Below, piece after piece: positions 45,071 to 53,710 of a stretch of DNA of 64,000 bases. The translations under genes and the position numbers were made by a program. The notes beneath the pieces are model-generated. The model was not told where the DNA came from. It worked only from the letters and a program-made list of their open reading frames with translations, and made no database searches. Numbering within the stretch: the stretch's first letter is position 1; every line of letters starts with the position of its first letter. Source of the DNA: an uncultured virus (IMG/VR IMGVR_UViG_3300025471_000688) (taxonomy: Duplodnaviria > Heunggongvirae > Uroviricota > Caudoviricetes); IMG/VR virus record IMGVR_UViG_3300025471_000688. The stretch is one strand, 5' to 3'.

Positions 45071-47744
45071 CATGATCATCCTCTTGAACAGGTTTAATAA
45101 TGAGCCTCGCCAGGTCGGCTGGAAAAGCGATTGGCACGAGGAGAAGCCCGGCGAGGCGAAGGCAGTCCCGCGGACGAATTGCAAAACCGGCTGAGAAGCT
45201 TTGGCTCGTCGCGAACAATGGCGGGTAGCCAATCGCGTGGAGCCGGCGCGCCGCTGCAATGCAGGCATCATTGCATCGTCCGGCCAAAAGCAGATTCAGA
45301 ATATGCAGATTGCCAGGCGCATGCGGCTCCTGGCCCGTACGTCGAGCACCGGGACGGGCCGGCAGTCTGCCGCCCAAGAAGCACAATTTCAGGAGAGTGT
45401 AGGCGCGTGGCAGTTGCGCTGCTACCTCGAAGCGGGAAAGCCAATCTTCTTCACCAGCTTCGAGTGTGTCAGGCTCATTTTCTTCAGCCTCGTCGGCAAC
45501 ATCTTCTCCTTCGATGTCGGCCATTTCACTGCTTCCGCCGGGTTCTGGTTGGACTGCCTTGACCTTGTGCCAAGAACGGATTAAGGCGAAGGCATACAGC
45601 AACTCACTCAATCGCTGGTCATTCACTTCACCGCGCCAGAGTGCAATCACATCTTGCGCGTCAGCTCCGTAGGGCGAAAAGAGCGGCAATCCTTCGCCGG
45701 AACCGGCTTGAGCATCGACTAGGCGCCGGTGCAGCACGGACGCGCAATTGCTCAACGCCTCTCGCCCCCATGTCCAGACGGCGCGGCGGCTTTCCGGTTC
45801 CCAATTCCAGAATGCTCCGCCTTCCGAGCGGACTTGACGAACCAGATTCTCCCGGATCGCGCCCACTGCAGCCGACTCAGTTCGCTTGGAAGTTTCGGGC
45901 TTCCTGCCCCATGGACAAATCGTCCCCAGCGCTCTAGCAAGTCGCCATTCCGGCGTGCCGTCGTCAAACAAATCCGCCCGCTTCGGCGGCACTGCCGGTG
46001 CGACATACTGCAACCGGAGCCAGTCATATGAAAGCGACGGCGCACAGGGGACGTTCGGACCTTCCTCTTTCTTAGGCATCTTTCCTTCGCGATCATGAAT
46101 GCGGCCGTCCGTGACTCCGCATTCGCGATTGAGTGCAGCCGAGGCCACGGCTACTTCCATTAGCTTCGACCGGAAGTCTACCGCTATCTGATCACCTCGC
46201 TCGCCGTGTGATTCGAGACCGAACCTTGAAGCGTTAAAGAGCGCTTCTTCAAAACGGCAACGCGCCAGGATAATCCTGCGCGGCTGTGAATCGCTGTTCA
46301 GGATTGCACGCTGGCCGGAAGCATCGAGCACGTCCTGTTCGTAGTCGAAGAGCTCGTCAAGAAGCGCCAGAACAGAGTTGGCTGCGACGGAGTAGATTCC
46401 GATCGGTACGGCCAGCGTGGTCGTCTGATCCTGGTTGCCGAACGAACCGCTTCGCCGAAGCAGTCCGTATCGCTGGAAGGCGTCGATCCCGCGGTCACAT
46501 CCAAAACGCCCGAGGGCACGGATAAACTGCGTGGCCAACCGGGCCTCACGGCCGTCTATCTGCATACGGCCTTCACTGAAAAGCGCCCGCAGGTCGCGCA
46601 GCGTCGCCGGTTGGGTCCAGATCGGGCACCAGACCTCGCCGGAGGAAATGCTTTTCTTGGATCCTTGGATTTCCGTCGGTCCTCCAGCCGGGTTGCCGCC
46701 CAGGGAGGACGAGCAATAGAAGGGGAAAGCAGGCACGCTCTTCCGCGCGTTCATCCGTCTTGCCATGCTGCCTGCAAACAGCAACACGCCTTCGAATAAG
46801 AGAATTACGTCCCACGCCGCGCCGGTGCGTTTGCTTTCGAAATCCTGACCGCTATTGGGGGTCTCCTTTCGCAAAGGGTAAAAGAGCCCGATCGCGTAAT
46901 CTTCTGACAGATGCCCGCACGTCGAAGCGCCCCACAGCGACGCGCGGAGCCATGACTGGGCGCTCGCTCGCTTTCGCGAAAGGACGTCCGCAAGGGCCAT
47001 CTCAAGGTGCATGATCATGCCGCCGCTGCCCTCAGCGGCCCCCTCCCCGAGCAAGGAAAACCATTCGCGCTCTTTTCCGAACCGGTTCGTAGAGACCTTC
47101 GGATGACCAACAGTGTCCAACCACGTGGTCACCCTGGGATCATTGCATGCATTCCTCGTTCGCTCTATCAAGCGCGCTTGCGCAGCGCTCTTCCTGCCCG
47201 CATTGCGTCCCTGTTCATTCTCGCTATTCAATCCGCGAAACAAATCCGGATCCTCAATCTCTTTCAATGTGTCAACCCATTGCCCCTCGGACGCATTCAG
47301 ATCCAGACCAAATTCTCGTGCAAAGCTTCGAATGGCAGCGCGATATGCCTGCGAGCCGCAAGTACCCGCCCTAACTATGGTGGATAGAGCTTCCTGGCCC
47401 TTCCTGTCGCGATCAATCTTTTTCTGCTTTTTCCTGTCGTAGGGAAGGAAGGCCGTGTTCTTCTGCCACGGAGACAGCAAAGGACTGAACTCACAGGCCT
47501 CGAGCAGAAATGTTTCCAGCCACTCTCGGCGCTCAGATTCTTCGTTTGGGACGGAGCGGCTGTTTTTGCAAGCCTTGTATGAGGCTCCTTCAGGTACCCA
47601 CAAGTGGAAGACGCCGTGGCGCCACCAGCAACGAGCCTGATCGGTAATCTGCTCAGCGACCATCCGGAACACGCCAAGCGCTTTCAGATAATCGCCAAGT
47701 GGCTCAACTGCGCATCCAGGGAGTTGCAGGACGGGCATGATCAC
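45048..47744 (-). CDS. csx17: Type I-G large subunit (Cas8g)
   Basis: LPGCAVEPLGDYLKALGVFRMVAEQ, WDVILLFEG..LFAGS, GEVWCPIW, LFSEGR, RGIDAFQRYG. Confidence 0.88.
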   Translation of the reverse strand: MIMPVLQLPGCAVEPLGDYLKALGVFRMVAEQITDQARCWWRHGVFHLWVPEGASYKACKNSRSVPNEESERREWLETFLLEACEFSPLLSPWQKNTAFLPYDRKKQKKIDRDRKGQEALSTIVRAGTCGSQAYRAAIRSFAREFGLDLNASEGQWVDTLKEIEDPDLFRGLNSENEQGRNAGRKSAAQARLIERTRNACNDPRVTTWLDTVGHPKVSTNRFGKEREWFSLLGEGAAEGSGGMIMHLEMALADVLSRKRASAQSWLRASLWGASTCGHLSEDYAIGLFYPLRKETPNSGQDFESKRTGAAWDVILLFEGVLLFAGSMARRMNARKSVPAFPFYCSSSLGGNPAGGPTEIQGSKKSISSGEVWCPIWTQPATLRDLRALFSEGRMQIDGREARLATQFIRALGRFGCDRGIDAFQRYGLLRRSGSFGNQDQTTTLAVPIGIYSVAANSVLALLDELFDYEQDVLDASGQRAILNSDSQPRRIILARCRFEEALFNASRFGLESHGERGDQIAVDFRSKLMEVAVASAALNRECGVTDGRIHDREGKMPKKEEGPNVPCAPSLSYDWLRLQYVAPAVPPKRADLFDDGTPEWRLARALGTICPWGRKPETSKRTESAAVGAIRENLVRQVRSEGGAFWNWEPESRRAVWTWGREALSNCASVLHRRLVDAQAGSGEGLPLFSPYGADAQDVIALWRGEVNDQRLSELLYAFALIRSWHKVKAVQPEPGGSSEMADIEGEDVADEAEENEPDTLEAGEEDWLSRFEVAAQLPRAYTLLKLCFLGGRLPARPGARRTGQEPHAPGNLHILNLLLAGRCNDACIAAARRLHAIGYPPLFATSQSFSAGFAIRPRDCLRLAGLLLVPIAFPADLARLIIKPVQEDDHDEHTAIQ

Positions 47745-50700
47745 ATCCCTCGTGAGTCTTTCGACGCGCGCTGATCGGCGGCACGAAGCAGCGCCTCCAA
47801 ATAGCCCAGATTAAACGGCCCGAATACTTCAAGCAGCTCAAACATTCGGTCCGACCACGAAGCGCCGTAGCGCGCGGAAAACAGTTCCATCGCGTCAAGA
47901 GACAAGCTGAGGGCCGGCGTCAGAACCGAGCGTTGGGGATCGCTCGGCGCTTCAGGGCATGGCAATCGACACGAAGGGATGATATCTTCATCCTGAACGC
48001 CCTGACATCGCCGAATGTGGCTGGCATCCGGAATAGGGTCCCGCTGGTCAGGATTGTAATCATCTTCCGCGGAGCGCAAGCCAAGCCGAACTTTGCCGTG
48101 ATGACACGCAACCAGAAAGAGGAGCAGGTTGAAGCTCAGCCGGTCAAGTTGGGCGATTTGAGCCACCGCAGCTGCAGCCGCACCACTGTTCTCGAGCACA
48201 GCGTTCTCACCGGCAAGGCCAAGCGCCGCCTTGAGCTCCTCTGCGGCGGCCAAGGCCGGATGTTCGGGGCAACCAAGTCGCAGCAGTTCTAGCAACCCAA
48301 GAGCGCTGGCCAGTTCATGACGAAAGCCTGGACGTCTTTTGAAACAGCGATCTGTTTCCGCTGCATCTTCCTTGTCGTGGAATAAGGATTTCCACGCCGC
48401 TCTTGGAGCTTTTGCGGAGTGATCCGCACGTTCTGGAGCGCTCCACTGGCTACGACCTTCGCTCGTCAGTTTAGCGAAGAATTTTCCGTGGGCTTTCCCC
48501 AAGTCGTGCCACGGTGGCGCATGTCCGAGCGGCGGCCTCAAGCCGGCATTTTCAAGTGCGCTCGAAATCTCATCATCCTCGAGGATCGAATCGAGTTCAG
48601 TCGCCACGCGCACGCTGTGCTTGTGCACGCTCTGCCATTCGGCAACCGCGTTGTCCTCATCGTCCAGACCGCTGTCACCGAAGGCGGCAGGCTCTTCCGG
48701 TTCGCCGTCCTGCAAGACTTGCGCATTTAGTGGTGAGCAAGGCTGAGGAATCGAGTCCGGCTTTCCGGTCCATCCCACCTGTGGGTCATAGCCGCCCACA
48801 TCTTTGTGTAGAAGAAACATCTGGCCGGGATAGACGCGATCAGGATCAGTTAGTTTGACCCACCCTTTGCGCCAGTCGCGGACCCATACGCGGTTACGTA
48901 GTTCGGAACTCAAGCCTTTGAAGAATTCTCGGAACTGCCATGCTGGTACGGCACAGAGCTCGTCGCGTGCCGGCAGAAGCTTCTTGAAAGGACACCCGGC
49001 TCGTGGACCGCTTTTCCATATCTCGCCTGAACCGAGCCCGGAATCGTTATCGCGCCAGAAGACCAGCACATCGAGGTCCTGGCCATCTCGGATGAAGGGG
49101 CTAATGTCGATGTCTGCGCCGGACAGATCCGGCGTTGTATCGAAAAGGTTGAACAAATCGCGCCTCTGAGGGATGAGTCGCGGATCGAATGGGAGCGCAT
49201 CACGAACTTCCTGGCAGTCGGCCAGATTGTCCCGGCCAATAAGACTATTGAGCGCCCGCCCTAAAGACACATCAATGGGCGCCGCGGCGTTTATCAGGGC
49301 TCTTCGAGTCGCGGCAATTTCGCCGGGATCGTAGGGACGTGCGCATTTGATCTGCCGATCTGAAGGGTCGCTACCATCCGATTCGAACACTTCGAAATCT
49401 ATCCAGAACGCCTGGCCAGTTTCGCCGGCGCGCCGGGCGCATCGGCCGAGACGTTGAATTAGCGATGCCAGGGGGCAGAGCTCTGTGTAAAGCACCGAAG
49501 CGGAGATATCCACTCCTGCCTCGATGATCTGAGTGGCCACGATGATACGTGCACCAGAATGCTGCCCTTCGCCCTTCTCAAAAGCCTCGAACTTTTGACG
49601 CCAATTGGCCCGCTCATATCCTCGAAAGCGCGAGTGAAGCAAAAGAAGATGATCCTCATCAAAGAGGCGATCCTCCGAGCCGTTCTTCTTTAGATCCTTG
49701 AGAGCTTTGTAAACCGCGGTGGCGCGCCCCACGGTATTGCAGATGATAAGAGCAAGGATGTCCTCGCTTTCTTCGGTATCTGCGGCCCTCCGCTTTCGTT
49801 TGCGGTTGATCGGCTTGGCCAGGTGCTTTGCGAGAGCACAGGCATACTTCGTTGTTCCGCTGTCATCCGGCGATTCTGGCATGATGACCGAACACCGGCT
49901 CAGCACCTTCGGGATTCGGAACAGGTCTTGGGCTTCGTTCTGCCGATCCAACGTTAAGCGGTCCCGCCATAAGGCGGCTGCTTGACTTCCCATTGCCACG
50001 GATTTCTTGAACCAGTGCTCCGCAGAAGTCGCGCTCATCCACCAACTGTGGGTGGCTAATATCGTTGGTTGACTGTTGCTTAGTTGGTTCTCAAACGGAC
50101 GGCGTTGCAGGGGGAGGTTGGATCGCCACGCCTGAAGCTGGAGGCTGGTTGTGAAGCCGCTGCTCATGAGCTGCACTTCATCCAGTACCCATAGGCAGTC
50201 CGTGTTCAGCAAGCCAAAATGCATTGGCCACCGATACCGGCTCATGCCGTAGCCCCGGTTAAGCGCGCGGGAGAGCAGCATGTCCTGCGTGCCGATGACA
50301 ATCGCTGGTTTCTCCGGATACAGATCCCATTGACGTCGGCACTCATCGAGTTCCTCCCCGCCCATCAGCACAATCGGTGAATATTCTGCGAGCCAGATGA
50401 AATTCGCGGTTGCTGAAGCTGGAAGGAGGTTGAACAGAAAGCCCTCGATTGGGGTTTCGTGCCCGCCGTTCCGGATCGGTGCACGGACCTCTCTTGCCAC
50501 TCTGTCATTGAGCGTCCCCAACAACGCGTCAACTTTGGCCCGTTCCGGCGTATTGTCCTGCGTCGCCGCCAGATTCAAGCGCAGCATCCACGGCAGAATG
50601 TCCTTCTCGACGACCTGGTTCACCAGGGCGCGCATCGGAAGGCAGTAAACTAGGCGCCTGGGCCAACCTTCCATGTTCAAAACCACGCGGTTCCACAACC

Positions 50701-50974
50701 AAGCAAGGACAGTGCCGGCAGTCTTGCCGCAACCGGTTGGGATGTCGATGAGTCGTGATCTGCACTCGTCGCCGGTCTGCAAGGTTTCCGCGCGGGCCGC
50801 TATCGCATCCGTGCCGCACGCGAGGCGAGCCTGCCAGTCCATGGGTTCGAAGCCGGTTGCGACGGCAACGAACGTCCGGAAATTGATTTTATTTTGCAAC
50901 ATCAGAGCGCCGGAAGCCACTTGCCCGGCTTCGTCGTCCAGGTTGGCCGCACCTGGAAGGGTTTGCACAGGCAT
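47741..50974 (-). CDS. cas3: Type I-G Cas3: SF2 helicase with C-terminal HD nuclease
   Basis: PTGCGKT, GTQDMLLSRALNRGY, DEVQLM, SAT, QRLGRCAR; HD motifs HDLGKAH, FRHELAS, HHGKVR, LRAADQRAS; start may be 50902. Confidence 0.93.
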   Translation of the reverse strand: MPVQTLPGAANLDDEAGQVASGALMLQNKINFRTFVAVATGFEPMDWQARLACGTDAIAARAETLQTGDECRSRLIDIPTGCGKTAGTVLAWLWNRVVLNMEGWPRRLVYCLPMRALVNQVVEKDILPWMLRLNLAATQDNTPERAKVDALLGTLNDRVAREVRAPIRNGGHETPIEGFLFNLLPASATANFIWLAEYSPIVLMGGEELDECRRQWDLYPEKPAIVIGTQDMLLSRALNRGYGMSRYRWPMHFGLLNTDCLWVLDEVQLMSSGFTTSLQLQAWRSNLPLQRRPFENQLSNSQPTILATHSWWMSATSAEHWFKKSVAMGSQAAALWRDRLTLDRQNEAQDLFRIPKVLSRCSVIMPESPDDSGTTKYACALAKHLAKPINRKRKRRAADTEESEDILALIICNTVGRATAVYKALKDLKKNGSEDRLFDEDHLLLLHSRFRGYERANWRQKFEAFEKGEGQHSGARIIVATQIIEAGVDISASVLYTELCPLASLIQRLGRCARRAGETGQAFWIDFEVFESDGSDPSDRQIKCARPYDPGEIAATRRALINAAAPIDVSLGRALNSLIGRDNLADCQEVRDALPFDPRLIPQRRDLFNLFDTTPDLSGADIDISPFIRDGQDLDVLVFWRDNDSGLGSGEIWKSGPRAGCPFKKLLPARDELCAVPAWQFREFFKGLSSELRNRVWVRDWRKGWVKLTDPDRVYPGQMFLLHKDVGGYDPQVGWTGKPDSIPQPCSPLNAQVLQDGEPEEPAAFGDSGLDDEDNAVAEWQSVHKHSVRVATELDSILEDDEISSALENAGLRPPLGHAPPWHDLGKAHGKFFAKLTSEGRSQWSAPERADHSAKAPRAAWKSLFHDKEDAAETDRCFKRRPGFRHELASALGLLELLRLGCPEHPALAAAEELKAALGLAGENAVLENSGAAAAAVAQIAQLDRLSFNLLLFLVACHHGKVRLGLRSAEDDYNPDQRDPIPDASHIRRCQGVQDEDIIPSCRLPCPEAPSDPQRSVLTPALSLSLDAMELFSARYGASWSDRMFELLEVFGPFNLGYLEALLRAADQRASKDSRGM

Positions 50975-51026
50975 CTATGAGTCCCTTGCCAATGTTCAGG
51001 ATTCAAGCGTCTGATAATATCACCAA

Positions 51027-51410
51027 TCAAGGCGTTCGCGAGCGGGGTCCGTGGTTGGATTCCAACTGAGATATGTCGGAGAAGAGTGCGTGAATAGTCG
51101 GCTCAAGCCAATGTCGATCGGTTGCGACACCATACCCGTCCCACAGTTGGAGGGCTGCCTTGATGCGCGTGATTTCCGCGTCATTGAACTCGAATTCCTT
51201 CGCCGGAATCGAGAGCGCTGGGTTCCAGACGACACGCTCCTGGCCGGCGACGATCTCCCGCTTCAGTTCGATGGCCCTCTCCTCGTCGGCACTCAGTGCA
51301 AGCCGGTCCTGGATGGCCCAGATCGCGCGGATGGAACCCACGTCTGCCCGCTGCGCGCCCAGGAGCGCGTGCAGGTTCAGACGTTGGGTATGGTCCAGCA
51401 TCAGTTTCAT
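51027..51410 (-). CDS. Small protein after the tail fibre (fibre chaperone?)
   Basis: 127 aa from MKLMLDH; RBS AAAGGA. Confidence 0.55.
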   Translation of the reverse strand: MKLMLDHTQRLNLHALLGAQRADVGSIRAIWAIQDRLALSADEERAIELKREIVAGQERVVWNPALSIPAKEFEFNDAEITRIKAALQLWDGYGVATDRHWLEPTIHALFSDISQLESNHGPRSRTP

Positions 51411-51421
51411 TTCGTCGTCCT

Positions 51422-53710
51422 TTACGGGTTGGAATAGAGCAGAATGTAGCCCGCCGTGACCCCGGCAGGGTTCTTGACCTTGATCACGCCAGACCATCCG
51501 GAGGGATTGCTGGCGCTCATTAATTCCGCGAAGCGGTAGCCGTTGCCGGAGCCGCCGGCGAGGATGAGTTCGCCGCCGGACGTGACTTGCAAGAGCGTGT
51601 GATCGGCGAGGTTCGATCCAGGGCCCGCAACGCGGAAAGGTGTTTCCACATTGTCCTTCGCCGCGACCAGCAGCGGGCCGCATGCAACTCCGGCCGAGAC
51701 CGGCGCCGCCTGGTAGCCCCACGTGCGGGCGTATCCTTTCTTCGGGTCGTTGCCCTCCTGGAGACACGCGCCCCAGAGCAGGATGGAGCCGCTGGTCCAG
51801 TCGTCGCTATTGCCGTCGAACTGGCGCACGACGATCCACAAGCCGGTCTGGCCCGCCGCCAGGGTCCCGGTGATCTTGAAGCGCTGCCACGTGGTCGTGA
51901 GCGTGATCTGCGTCGGGCCGGCGAGGTACGCAACATAGGCATTGTCCACGATGGCGATCGAGACCTTGCGCGTTCCGGACGCCACGCGTGCCCAGATGTA
52001 GAACGTGTACTGGCCACCAGAGACGAGGCCTGCGATCTGCTGCTGGATGATGGGCGTGGCGGTGACAGCGTCGATCTGGTCGGCAGTGGCGTTGCCATCG
52101 GGCGCGGTGGCTGCGTTCGTGGTCACGGCACACGACCCGCCGTTCTTGTCCCAGGTCGCCACCGAGAAGTCCTCGGAGTACTTCGCCATGTTTTCAAAAG
52201 CGCTACCAACAGTCCCATAGGCTCCGCACTCGATGGACTGGAAATGCGAGTCGAGGTATGCCCACAGGTTGTTGGCGGCGGCATAGGCGAAGCTGGCTCC
52301 GCCCGATGCATCGCGCAGCACCACTGTGCTCGCCGTCGCGTTTGGAGTGGCGTCGCCGATTTCCGCCGACGCGTGCGTGTGCGAGGGCAGATCGCTCGCC
52401 TGGAGCGCTGCGACGGTCACGGCCGCCCCTGCGCTCGCCTGCCTCAGAAAGCCCGGGCCGCTTGCCGAAAGATCCGCTCCCGTGCCGCCGCGCGCCAGTG
52501 CCAGCGCGCCGGAAACGACGTCCGATGCGACGTGCGTATGGCTCGCGTTAGCCTTTGCTGCGGATGAGCCGTCCACGAGCACGCAATCACCGCCGTTCCC
52601 GACTGCCGCATCAATCGCTCCCGAGGAGTTGATGACGGCTGTGCGGGAAGGCGCAAAGCCAGGCCCTTTGAGCGGCCGCGCGGCCAGGTCGGTCACGAGG
52701 CCCACCACGTCGGATTCGGCGTGGCTGTGACTGCCGAGAGACAGCACGCCGGCCGCGAGCGACAGGCCGGAGCCGATACTCAACTCGGCGAGCGTGTCCT
52801 GGGAAGGCGAATAAAGTAGCTTGTTCGCCGCGATGGTCGTGAGGCCGGTGCCGCCGCGCGGCACGGCAAAGGCGCCGTTCACGATGTCGCTTGCGACGTG
52901 CGGGTGGGCGGGCAGATCCGATCCCGAAAGCGAAGTGCCGACCGTGACGCGGCCCTTGGCGTCCACGGTCACCTTCGAATAAGTTCCGGGCGTAGCGCCG
53001 GAGTTCGCCAGCGAGATTACGCCGGCGTTCACCGCGATCCCGCCGACCGGATCGACCTGGACGATGCCCTTGCTGGTGGTGGTCGCGTCCGGGTAGGAGA
53101 ACGCCCCGAAGGTCTGGCCGGGGGCGAAGTCGATGATCGCATCGAAGGCGACGTGATCGTTGGCGTTGAGGGCCATGCCGAGGTCGCCCGAGCCGTCGGC
53201 CTTGCGCCACTTGATCGCGCCGGCGTTGGGCAGGCGCACCAGGCCGGTCGCGGCCTTCATGCCCGAGCCGAACTCGGCTCCATCGACGAACGTCTTTACG
53301 CCAGTGATCGTGACGGCGCCGTCGCGCCGCACGTAGTTGCGCGCGGCCACAGTCCCAAGCTCGTTTTCGATTGCGAGCACGGCAGATTGAAGCGCGGTGA
53401 TGAACGCCGAGACCATGTTGGCCTTCACCGCCACGCCCTGCGCGTGTTGCGCCGCCGTGGTGCCGAAGGCCCCGCGCTGGCAGCCCGTGAACTGGGTGGC
53501 GGTTTTGGAGACGTAGACGATCAGCTCGTCGTCAATCGAAAGGATTCCATAGGAGGCCGCGAAGCCGTCCGTCGAGGCAACGCTGATCGTCGTATCGCCC
53601 GCGAGGATCTGCTGCGTGGCCGTGGTTTCGAGCGGACGCGTCGAGAAGGCGTCCACGGGCGAATACAGCGTCGCCGCGCTGTCGATCAAATTCGGATAGC
53701 TGCTACTCAT
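51422..53710 (-). CDS. Tail fibre / receptor-binding protein
   Basis: 762 aa; A/G/T/S-rich; GTYSKVTVDAKGRVT; four HxH repeats; carbohydrate-binding-like C-terminal domain. Confidence 0.75.
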   Translation of the reverse strand: MSSSYPNLIDSAATLYSPVDAFSTRPLETTATQQILAGDTTISVASTDGFAASYGILSIDDELIVYVSKTATQFTGCQRGAFGTTAAQHAQGVAVKANMVSAFITALQSAVLAIENELGTVAARNYVRRDGAVTITGVKTFVDGAEFGSGMKAATGLVRLPNAGAIKWRKADGSGDLGMALNANDHVAFDAIIDFAPGQTFGAFSYPDATTTSKGIVQVDPVGGIAVNAGVISLANSGATPGTYSKVTVDAKGRVTVGTSLSGSDLPAHPHVASDIVNGAFAVPRGGTGLTTIAANKLLYSPSQDTLAELSIGSGLSLAAGVLSLGSHSHAESDVVGLVTDLAARPLKGPGFAPSRTAVINSSGAIDAAVGNGGDCVLVDGSSAAKANASHTHVASDVVSGALALARGGTGADLSASGPGFLRQASAGAAVTVAALQASDLPSHTHASAEIGDATPNATASTVVLRDASGGASFAYAAANNLWAYLDSHFQSIECGAYGTVGSAFENMAKYSEDFSVATWDKNGGSCAVTTNAATAPDGNATADQIDAVTATPIIQQQIAGLVSGGQYTFYIWARVASGTRKVSIAIVDNAYVAYLAGPTQITLTTTWQRFKITGTLAAGQTGLWIVVRQFDGNSDDWTSGSILLWGACLQEGNDPKKGYARTWGYQAAPVSAGVACGPLLVAAKDNVETPFRVAGPGSNLADHTLLQVTSGGELILAGGSGNGYRFAELMSASNPSGWSGVIKVKNPAGVTAGYILLYSNP

